Translations under genes and position numbers: made by a program | In this document: positions 1-6,939 of the stretch, piece by piece | Position numbering within the stretch: position 1 is the stretch's first letter | Layout: each line of letters opens with the position of its first letter | IMG/VR virus record: IMGVR_UViG_3300010413_002660 | Direction: 5' to 3' (one strand) | Source: a virus | DNA: 25,157 bases | Notes under the pieces: generated by a model | Database searches by the model: none | What the model saw: the letters and a program-made list of their open reading frames with translations, nothing else | Told to the model about the DNA's origin: nothing

Positions 1-84
1 GGGACAATCCCTCTACGTTAGTACTATAAATATATGTATGTATATAAAATGGCTCCCGAATGTACTCTTTTACATAAGGGAGCC

Positions 85-97
85 TAGGGTAAGAGGG
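85..97. repeat. Dispersed hairpin repeat core TAGGGTAAGAGGG, copy 1 (stem GAGCCTA..GTAAG-AGGGAT-CTTAC-TAGGCTC, 80-111)
   Basis: Exact 13-mer also at 7237-7249, 12368-12380 and 14171-14183; all intergenic and inside inverted repeats. Confidence 0.85.
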
Positions 98-148
98 ATC
101 TTACTAGGCTCTTTTGATTACATATACATATATACATATATATATAAA

Positions 149-162
149 TGCGCGGACGCGCA
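149..162 (-). terminator. Possible weak terminator hairpin after ORF 183-488
   Basis: TGCGC-GGAC-GCGCA 5-bp stem followed on the minus strand by TTTATATAT; short stem, poor U-tract. Confidence 0.3.
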
Positions 163-182
163 GAATAAAAAGGGCCGTAGCC

Positions 183-488
183 CTAGACAAATGATTCGTT
201 CCATGAACACACATGGGCGTAACCACCACGAATATTAAAATAACGCCTGAAGGCAGGCAATTGGTATGACTGAACCACAGCAACTATGACGCCGCGGCCC
301 AAATCGATTGACACATACTGGCCAACAAAAGGAATCGCGTGGAACTTGACCTTGTCTTTGCCCCATACTGGCTCAAGTTCTTCCTTGGCACAGTATATAA
401 ACTCATTGGGCTCCAAGGTGGTGACGATATCGAGTTCCTCCATGTAGGCCTCACCCTTTACAAACATGTGATACCTATGATATCCCAT
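183..488 (-). CDS. Hypothetical protein (101 aa, MGYHRYHMF...)
   Basis: Start reassigned to ATG 488 behind SD GAAAGGAGGTG; no family recognised. Confidence 0.75.
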   Translation of the reverse strand: MGYHRYHMFVKGEAYMEELDIVTTLEPNEFIYCAKEELEPVWGKDKVKFHAIPFVGQYVSIDLGRGVIVAVVQSYQLPAFRRYFNIRGGYAHVCSWNESFV

Positions 489-507
489 GAGCGCACCTCC
501 TTTCATG

Positions 508-660
508 TTAACCTTTTAATATAAATGGGCGCGCGGGGAATACAAAAACCTTTTGACATGGAGAACCAAGGCTCTTCCCCTTACCTATAAACAGATGTGG
601 GTCAACGCCCAACACCTGCCCGTAGAATTCCACTACGGAATCCTTCTTTAGGCTCTCCAT
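508..660 (-). CDS. Possible small hypothetical protein (50 aa, MESLKKDSVV...)
   Basis: Co-oriented ORF with protein-like composition from ATG 660; no clear SD. Confidence 0.35.
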   Translation of the reverse strand: MESLKKDSVVEFYGQVLGVDPHLFIGKGKSLGSPCQKVFVFPARPFILKG

Positions 661-739
661 AATACCATAAATATATAGATACACATCCACACATATACAA
701 CCATCAGGGTTTACACCTGTATAAATATACATATACAAA

Positions 740-1800
740 AAAACGTAATGATTCCACCTGTCGTATCTCTAAAAGTTAAAGTAAATCTGTCTAAGTAGCT
801 GAAATCACGTTCCGCTACTTTAACAAATCGAGCTAAGTGGAAAACGGTCATACTTTTTGGTACAAACATACATGAATTACTAATATAAGTGGCACATAAA
901 TATGAATGAATTCATATATATATACATATAAAAGCACATAGGAACACATAAATATTTTTATATAAGGGTTCATTTCAGGAGCACTTTCCGAGTGTCACTT
1001 ATATTAAGAGATGAAATCCACAGTCAAATAGACAAATATTTACTTAAATAAGCGAAAATAGGCGTTTTTAAGGGTTCGAAAAAAGAGAAATGGCAACAAA
1101 CCGAATCAGAAAGGTTAATTTGAGCTAATTTCGAAAAATACGGACTTATATACGCGTAATTACGTAACTAACTAGTCACAAAATCAGATAAATGACCGAG
1201 AAAGGGAGCGAAGCGCGCACTAAATATAAGAGAGTGGTTAAGCCTAGTATTAATAATATGTATATGTATCTCTCTCCCTCTTGTTTATTATAAATAAATG
1301 TATTTCTACCCCTATCTATACGTAAGTATCATTATCTATGTCAGTATCCATCTATATATTCCTATTTTAGCTCTTTAGAGCTATGTATCTCTATCTATTT
1401 GTTTTTATTTTATAAATAAATATATCTCTATCTCTATCTCTTTTGGTCTAGCTCTATTGCTTCGGTCTCATTCCCTTACGTGTACGTTCCTACACTCATA
1501 TGTGTGTCTGTCTTGTATGCTTATAAAACTACTCATTTATGTCAGTGTTATTAGTTATGTTTGTGTTCTTAGTTATTATGTTATTATCTTCGGGGTTATT
1601 ATTGTACTCTACTATGTTATGTTGGGGTATATGTGTGGGGACATAAAAAACCTTAAACTATCAAAATCGTTAATTTCCCCCGCGCTTCCGATTTGTTTAG
1701 TATACAAGCCTATATTATTATATATATGTGTGGGTATGAAAGAAACCTAAGTACTTGTTTTCCTCAGGCTTCTTTCGGTTAATCATCGGGAGTGGATCGG
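740..1800. other. Long AT-rich, low-complexity non-coding region with inverted and direct repeats
   Basis: No SD-led ORF; IR 881-895/992-1006 (14/15), palindrome CGTAATTACG 1155-1164, imperfect duplication ~1261-1310/~1381-1430. Confidence 0.7.
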
Positions 1801-1807
1801 TTATAGA

Positions 1808-1987
1808 CTACTCTCTCACTACAATCTCCCTGTCCTTGGTGTTGAGAAAGAAGGTTGGTGAATCAGAGAAAATGAGGGCCAAGATTGGATGAGCCAGCCC
1901 CGCCGGTCTCATCTCAATCTTTTGAACATCATGAACCTCAATGTCTCTGTCCTTCTTGCCATTCAAATCAAAGGCTGAGACTGTCAT
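1808..1987 (-). CDS. Small hypothetical protein (59 aa, MTVSAFDLNGKKDRDIEVHDVQKIEM...), absent from the ORF track; paralog of 3052-3231
   Basis: SD AAGGAG 6 nt before ATG 1987, TAG at 1808-1810; similar to 3052-3231. Confidence 0.75.
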   Translation of the reverse strand: MTVSAFDLNGKKDRDIEVHDVQKIEMRPAGLAHPILALIFSDSPTFFLNTKDREIVVRE

Positions 1988-1998
1988 GGGCGTCTCCT

Positions 1999-2469
1999 TT
2001 ACATGCGATTGTTGAGTTTACGGATCACACGAACCACACTGGCCCAATCCAGGCACAGGTGGGCGTACTTTACATCCCCGCTCCTGTCCAGTTCCTCTAT
2101 GACGAGTGTGGCAGCCTCGGGTTTGTCGTATACCACCATGACTATCTTATCCCCTGTTGAAGGACAGTAGTGAGGAAGTGAGCATCTGTACTCCGTTGAA
2201 TACTTCCATTCCACAGAGCCATCTTGATTGGTCCTGGGGGCTACCATACGGGTGGTCTCCGGATCCGTTTCTTCTATCTCATCTGGAAAAACATGCTCAG
2301 GTGTCATGTGGATCCCTTCACATGGCCGACCACAGAAAGTGTGATCTGCCATCCGCCAGTTCTCCCGCTCTTCTTCAGATGCAGGCGGGGCATCCCAAGG
2401 AGCACTAAAGACCGGAGCCTCGCTCTGACATACTGAGCATATTCCAACACGGTACTTTACTTGTGACAT
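1999..2469 (-). CDS. Hypothetical Cys-rich protein (156 aa; CSVC, CGRPC)
   Basis: SD GAGGAGG, overlaps the stop of the upstream GNAT gene. Confidence 0.75.
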   Translation of the reverse strand: MSQVKYRVGICSVCQSEAPVFSAPWDAPPASEEERENWRMADHTFCGRPCEGIHMTPEHVFPDEIEETDPETTRMVAPRTNQDGSVEWKYSTEYRCSLPHYCPSTGDKIVMVVYDKPEAATLVIEELDRSGDVKYAHLCLDWASVVRVIRKLNNRM

Positions 2470-2951
2470 GATTCCTCCTCAGGTTTGTTTAGGTGCAACC
2501 CCCACCAGTGATGGTCCATATATTGCACTGGCAGGAGAGCGTGGGTGAAATGGAATAGCATAAGAAGAAATGCCTTTCCAGCCACAACCATGTTTGAATG
2601 CATGTGCTCCCAATAATCCATGCTTTCTACAGCTTCCTCATCACTGTAATTCTGCATGGTCAAATATGGGGCGAAGCGCCGCCTACCAGTGTACCTGAAT
2701 CCCAGCTTCTCGTACAACCTACGGGCAGGCCAGTTGTTGTGCAGCACATCCAGCTGCACCCTGTCACAGTTCAACTCGGCAAACATGGCTGTGGCAATGC
2801 CCCGTTGTCTGCACTCCTCCTCCACCATCACGCCTGTTATGCAGGTGTACCCTTTACAAATCAGGTACTGCAATCCACCTACCCAGGCATGGGTGTGGAG
2901 GTCCATAGCACGGATCAATCCTACCTGCTTATCATGTTCTATCCTTATCAT
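2457..2951 (-). CDS. GNAT-family N-acetyltransferase with a C-terminal hydrophobic His-containing extension
   Basis: Acetyl-CoA motif A (V.EECRQRGIATAM) and motif B (NWPARRLYEKLGF); SD AAGGAGGTG. Confidence 0.85.
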   Translation of the reverse strand: MIRIEHDKQVGLIRAMDLHTHAWVGGLQYLICKGYTCITGVMVEEECRQRGIATAMFAELNCDRVQLDVLHNNWPARRLYEKLGFRYTGRRRFAPYLTMQNYSDEEAVESMDYWEHMHSNMVVAGKAFLLMLFHFTHALLPVQYMDHHWWGLHLNKPEEESCHK

Positions 2952-3051
2952 GGCACCTCCTTTCTATTAGGCGCGCGGTGTAGAGAAGGCCTTAGTACAG
3001 GGGTTGGACCTGTGCCAAGGCTATGGTTGCTATTCTACAACACAGTGAATG

Positions 3052-3231
3052 CTACTCCACAATGAGAGCTTCGCGGCCTCTCATTGGAAAATGCTTGGGT
3101 GGCCCCTCAGCGAAGCGAAGAACCAGCCTGTGAAATCCCAACGCATCTTGTTCCACTTCAACTGCTTTCACGTTGTGGATGTCCTCAAATGGATGCTTCT
3201 CTTCCCACGTATCAGTTATCATTACTCTCAT
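3052..3231 (-). CDS. Small hypothetical protein (59 aa, MRVMITDTWEEKH...); paralog of 1808-1987
   Basis: Start reassigned to ATG 3231 behind SD AGAAAGGAGGTG. Confidence 0.75.
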   Translation of the reverse strand: MRVMITDTWEEKHPFEDIHNVKAVEVEQDALGFHRLVLRFAEGPPKHFPMRGREALIVE

Positions 3232-3272
3232 AACACACCTCCTTTCTATAAATAAATATATATCAAGATGTG

Positions 3273-3455
3273 CTATAGAGCTTTCACAAACTCCATCTTG
3301 AAACCACACGTGGAACATTGATGTTTCTCATATGTCACAGCCAATTCTACTTCTTCATTGACGGCAATAATCTCTTGTCTAACCTGACCAGTTGGGGTCC
3401 ACAGCCCCACCTTCGTCCCACAGGCAGGGCATGGATAATCTTTCTTTTCTGCCAT
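3273..3455 (-). CDS. Small zinc-ribbon protein (60 aa; CPAC...CSTC)
   Basis: Two CxxC knuckles; SD AAAGGAGGT. Confidence 0.8.
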   Translation of the reverse strand: MAEKKDYPCPACGTKVGLWTPTGQVRQEIIAVNEEVELAVTYEKHQCSTCGFKMEFVKAL

Positions 3456-3491
3456 GTGTACCTCCTTTCAAAGGAATATGTGCGCGGGTAC

Positions 3492-3510
3492 AAAAGGAGC
3501 CGAAGCTCCT
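3492..3510 (-). terminator. Intrinsic terminator
   Basis: Minus strand AGGAGC-TTCG-GCTCCT followed by TTT; cUUCGg tetraloop. Confidence 0.7.
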
Positions 3511-3569
3511 CTTGCGAGCGTTTATTTAGGTTACCCGCTCAGAACGCTCCAAATACGGGACCTTTTTAA

Positions 3570-3780
3570 AATTGGCCGGGGCACGGTGCACAATGCGATG
3601 GCCCCTATGCCATAGAATGGAGGAAGCCTACTGCTTCATCGAAATGCTCTTTACCACCATTTGGCGCACGCCTCTTAGAGGCGCTCCCCCTCAGGGTTGG
3701 CCAGTAATTAGTGGATCAGGACACTCTCCCCAGTAGGGCGCGCATCTTCCTCCATTAGTACCTTAGATTTAATGCGCGCT
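3570..3780 (-). ncRNA. Candidate structured non-coding RNA (unassigned family)
   Basis: 3616-3633 is perfectly complementary to 3731-3737 plus 3746-3756; 3738-3745 pairs with 3772-3779; extra hairpin 3669-3683; no ORF; strand inferred from context. Confidence 0.55.
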
Positions 3781-3794
3781 CATCATATGCGACT

Positions 3795-4370
3795 TTACTG
3801 TTTCCAAGCTTTAATACCCAATGATGATCGGTAGTTTTGTATGCTGGAACGTGATACACCAGCTACAGATGCTATCACTACATCAGGCATACTGCCAAGA
3901 AACGGAACTACTTTTTTCTTCCAATCAGGTAATACCTCCTTTTCGTATACTAACCCTATGGATTTGAAGGCTGATGCTAAGCTACCATAATGAAGAACCG
4001 CCGAAGCATAGACAGATGGCGATTCTTTCTTTATAGTGCTAGGGGACTCCTCCAACCAATCAGGCAACCGACTTTTTACCTGAATAGGACAAATAAATTG
4101 TATTGTCCCATATCCCAAATTAGATCTATGGAACACAGCTTTCGCAATGAACCTAGCCTTACAATGTGGACACTCTGTTGTCAAGTCATCTGGATCATTT
4201 CTGAAGCCAGCAATGATGTCTTCCAGAGTTACATTTTGACTACAGCGAGGGCACTTCCTTTCTGGCTCATATTGCTCGTTCCAAAAAACATCCAACAGCT
4301 CTTGGTAGTAGCTTTGCAGTGGACGCTGCGTCTGGCGTTGTGTCAAGCTTAAACTTAATCCGAGTCTCAT
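3795..4370 (-). CDS. Zinc-ribbon/HTH protein with sigma-54 (RpoN)-like N-terminal region I and C-terminal RpoN-box-like helix
   Basis: MRLGLSLSLTQ..PLQ N-terminus; CPRC/CPHC; C-terminal DVVIAS..GVSRSSIQNYRSSLGI; SD AAAGGAG. Confidence 0.7.
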   Translation of the reverse strand: MRLGLSLSLTQRQTQRPLQSYYQELLDVFWNEQYEPERKCPRCSQNVTLEDIIAGFRNDPDDLTTECPHCKARFIAKAVFHRSNLGYGTIQFICPIQVKSRLPDWLEESPSTIKKESPSVYASAVLHYGSLASAFKSIGLVYEKEVLPDWKKKVVPFLGSMPDVVIASVAGVSRSSIQNYRSSLGIKAWKQ

Positions 4371-4396
4371 CAGAGTACTCCTTTCCGGTGCATTTT

Positions 4397-4633
4397 TCAG
4401 TAGACAAGGTCATCATCGTAGGTGTAAAACCAATCATTGTCCCAATATGGGTCAGGATTAAAATCTGCCCCGCATGAGGCGAACGGGCTGGATTGGTTCA
4501 TTATCTCATCCACCCCTTTGGGTGGATTGCACTCAGCTCGTCTAAAATACCAACGAGCACCAATTTTGGTATGGACAACTTCCCTGATGGGCCGATAACA
4601 TGTATTGTCATTATAGTCATCATCCTTGCTCAT
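4397..4633 (-). CDS. Small acidic hypothetical protein (78 aa, MSKDDDYND...)
   Basis: Start reassigned to ATG 4633 behind GAAAGGGG; Asp-rich termini. Confidence 0.7.
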   Translation of the reverse strand: MSKDDDYNDNTCYRPIREVVHTKIGARWYFRRAECNPPKGVDEIMNQSSPFASCGADFNPDPYWDNDWFYTYDDDLVY

Positions 4634-4649
4634 CGTATGCCCCCTTTCA

Positions 4650-4829
4650 TTATAATCTAAACACAGTGACAATATTGCCATCTGGAGCTACCACTACAGC
4701 GATATTCCTCCAGGTGTAACGCGTCCTCCCCGCCCTATCCGGTTGTTTTCGCCCCTTTCTTAGAGTTTCTGTTATTGTTCTTTCACTAATATCCCGCTCC
4801 CATGAACGCCACACTGCATGTTTCGTCAT
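4650..4829 (-). CDS. DUF4258-like small protein, putative BECR-fold RNase (59 aa, MTKHAVWRSWERDISERTI...VVVAPDGNIVTVFRL); absent from the ORF track
   Basis: TKHA..R..ER.IS and VVV..DG.IVTV pattern typical of DUF4258; SD GGAGG; ATGA overlap with the GNAT stop. Confidence 0.7.
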   Translation of the reverse strand: MTKHAVWRSWERDISERTITETLRKGRKQPDRAGRTRYTWRNIAVVVAPDGNIVTVFRL

Positions 4830-5254
4830 AGTAACCTCCGATTCAGTTCCAAAGAAAAGACCAGAAGATCTTCTCTGATGGCAGAATTGTTGATCTTCTC
4901 CTTGAATCTCTGATAGGCTTCTTGGCTGAATCCAAGGTTCTTTGCTAATTTGATTGACTTTACATTTGTTTGGTCAGTAATCCACAAAAGCCAATCTACC
5001 TCTTCTTCGAGAAGCGGAATTACGTATTCCATCATCTCTCGCCCTTTGCCCAAGATGTAAGACTTGATGGCAATAAAGGCGTAGGAGATTCCCTCGTCCT
5101 TAATCTTCCAGTAGCCAACAAACCCGAAATAAGGAAAGCCGTTATCATGAAACTCATAGAAAGTGTAGTTTTCTGTTTTGATGTTCCGTATCTCGGGTGT
5201 TACTTCTATTCTCGACTGCAAACGTGGATGTATGGATGTCTTTTTCACGTTCAT
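4826..5254 (-). CDS. GNAT-family acetyltransferase (142 aa)
   Basis: LGKGREMM (motif A-like) and NVKSIKLAKNLGF (motif B); start reassigned to ATG 5254. Confidence 0.7.
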   Translation of the reverse strand: MNVKKTSIHPRLQSRIEVTPEIRNIKTENYTFYEFHDNGFPYFGFVGYWKIKDEGISYAFIAIKSYILGKGREMMEYVIPLLEEEVDWLLWITDQTNVKSIKLAKNLGFSQEAYQRFKEKINNSAIREDLLVFSLELNRRLL

Positions 5255-5326
5255 AGTTGACGCCTTTCTATAGCACGCGATTAATGTAAAGGCCCGAAGT
5301 AACAATGTACAACGGGCCTGCGGTTC

Positions 5327-5689
5327 TCACGAAGTTGCACTAACAGCTCCAGGTATTCCGGCTTCTTTGTCTTCCCGAGCACGTCGAGCATCTTCAGTTT
5401 CTTGCTCCATCCGCTGTCTATGTGATTCCGCAGCGACCTGTGCGGCTCTAGTTTTCGACGGTATGCTGCCAATGAAGATTGCAGCCAGCCCAAACCACAT
5501 TCCGCCGATGGACGCGAGAATTTCACTCGCCCGAGACGAAACCGGAGTGGTGAGTCCCACCCAGGTGCCGATCGTGTGAAACATACCGGGCGCGGGCTGG
5601 GCCGTCAGGTACAGATAGGCGAATGAAATCATGCCGGTCGCAGCGATCCAATAACCAAGAGTTCTAATCACTTTCAATACTTTCGTCAT
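5327..5689 (-). CDS. Hypothetical membrane protein (120 aa)
   Basis: Two hydrophobic segments plus a charged tail; ATGA overlap with the upstream gene. Confidence 0.75.
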   Translation of the reverse strand: MTKVLKVIRTLGYWIAATGMISFAYLYLTAQPAPGMFHTIGTWVGLTTPVSSRASEILASIGGMWFGLAAIFIGSIPSKTRAAQVAAESHRQRMEQETEDARRAREDKEAGIPGAVSATS

Positions 5690-6204
5690 TTCCCTTCCTC
5701 CTCTTTGGTGTCCATCAGGACAGTTCTCGTTATGGGTGATACCCCTCCTCCTAACGCTCTATTCATCATCCCAATCACCTTATCTCTAAGTTCGTTCATC
5801 CTCCTTTCGCTATTTTTTCTCATTTCCTCAAAAGCTTCTGTTTGCTCTTTCATTCTCTTCCGATTTCTTTTATCCATCTCCTCAAACTCTCGGGCATGCT
5901 TTGTGAAAGTATCGGTTTCCTCTTCTTCCTTTTCGGGTGACCCAGCCAGGAGGATGCCGAGTGCTGTCATTACCATCCCAACGACAAAAATTATCATCAG
6001 GGGGTATGACAAATCAGTCCACAATGCCCAAGGGTCCGCAATAACTCCTGACCACAGACGAAACCTCTGCAGCCAAGATGACTCTATTCTTGCTGCCTCT
6101 ACATAGGAAACAACATAGATGGCAACAGCGATGATTACGCTCACCGCAGTTGTAGTGAACGCAAATCCACTGAGCACGAGAAAAAAGTCACTCAGCTTTT
6201 TCAT
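5686..6204 (-). CDS. Hypothetical membrane protein with a coiled-coil tail (172 aa, MKKLSDFF...)
   Basis: Start reassigned to ATG 6204; two long hydrophobic segments and an E/K/R/M-rich helix. Confidence 0.7.
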   Translation of the reverse strand: MKKLSDFFLVLSGFAFTTTAVSVIIAVAIYVVSYVEAARIESSWLQRFRLWSGVIADPWALWTDLSYPLMIIFVVGMVMTALGILLAGSPEKEEEETDTFTKHAREFEEMDKRNRKRMKEQTEAFEEMRKNSERRMNELRDKVIGMMNRALGGGVSPITRTVLMDTKEEEGK

Positions 6205-6262
6205 GTGCGTACACCCCCTTTCTTTTTTCATCGTACTAATAAATATAATATTCCCAATAATA

Positions 6263-6296
6263 ATCCTCATAAGGGTAAGGGGTACCTTATAAGGAT
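6263..6296. repeat. Degenerate member of the intergenic hairpin family (AGGGTAAGGGGT core)
   Basis: ATAAGG 6269-6274 / CCTTAT 6285-6290 with outer ATCCT/AGGAT. Confidence 0.45.
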
Positions 6297-6328
6297 GATG
6301 CAGTTTAACCTCATGCAGGAGGGTTGAG

Positions 6329-6610
6329 TTATCTGAACTGATTCGAGTTCTGTGCTCTCTCAATATCCCTCAGAATCATCTCGATCTGTTGAATGTCCTC
6401 CAGCATACTTTTCCGTTTGGTATCCAGAAATACTTTTGCGTGATTCAACTCAAGATTCTCATTCACGCATTGATCCAGCTGGATGAAACAGTAAACGGAA
6501 AAGCTCAGAGACAAAAGCAACAGCATCGCTAAGATATAGTTTAGCTTCTTCTTGCGACAAAGTAAGACACGCACAGAACGCCTTTTGCTTCCGAGCCTTT
6601 TTTTCTTCAC
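6329..6610 (-). CDS. Hypothetical membrane-anchored protein (93 aa; basic N-terminus, TM, coiled coil)
   Basis: GTG start behind GGAGGT. Confidence 0.7.
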   Translation of the reverse strand: MKKKRLGSKRRSVRVLLCRKKKLNYILAMLLLLSLSFSVYCFIQLDQCVNENLELNHAKVFLDTKRKSMLEDIQQIEMILRDIERAQNSNQFR

Positions 6611-6746
6611 TGATCACCTCCGGTTTATACACTGGAATAAATGTTACGAAAAGAACATACCTCCAGTAGGTTGCATCCATGAAGAGCGCCCAAATGAAAA
6701 GAGCACTCCACACACCACAAACGAGCATGTCAAACGCTCTTCTCAT
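6459..6746 (-). CDS. Hypothetical membrane protein (95 aa, MRRAFDML...)
   Basis: SD AAGGAGG before ATG 6746; the 152-nt overlap with the next gene makes the 3' end doubtful. Confidence 0.5.
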   Translation of the reverse strand: MRRAFDMLVCGVWSALFIWALFMDATYWRYVLFVTFIPVYKPEVISEEKKARKQKAFCACLTLSQEEAKLYLSDAVAFVSELFRLLFHPAGSMRE

Positions 6747-6813
6747 CTCAGCCCTCCTTTTTTCTAATGAGCCTTTTACCCTCATGCTCAGGAGAACTTA
6801 GGCCCCAAGTTTA

Positions 6814-6903
6814 TCAGAATAGAACGGGGCCATATTTGAGAAAAAACCTGAGTATGACAACACCCAGGAAGAAAAGAGCCACATACAGTTTCGTTCTATC
6901 CAC
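6814..6903 (-). CDS. Single-TM micropeptide (29 aa, MDRTKLYVALFFLGVVILRFFLKYGPVLF)
   Basis: GTG start behind AGAAAGGAGGTGAGGAG; hydrophobic helix; absent from the ORF track. Confidence 0.55.
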   Translation of the reverse strand: MDRTKLYVALFFLGVVILRFFLKYGPVLF

Positions 6904-6939
6904 ACTCCTCACCTCCTTTCTATTAATTCTTATATATAG

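Noticed and set aside
1457-1750. 97-aa plus-strand hydrophobic ORF
   Set aside because: Product of a T/G-rich low-complexity tract (V/I/Y/L-rich), TTG start, no SD.
3570-3660. tRNA, hammerhead, HDV-like or fluoride-riboswitch matches (UUCGA, GCGAUGG...CCUAC)
   Set aside because: No cloverleaf, no CUGANGA/GAAA core, no HDV L3/J4-2 motif and no GCUGAUGAC.
3682-3705. ACUGGCCAA...GGGGAGCG resembling the ZTP (pfl) riboswitch
   Set aside because: Lacks the enclosing P1 and the 3' CGCCUGGG pseudoknot hairpin, and no purine or folate gene follows.
6598-6604. A AAA AAG slippery site in ORF 6459-6746
   Set aside because: A -1 slip enters a short closed frame rather than ORF 6329-6610, which has its own strong SD.
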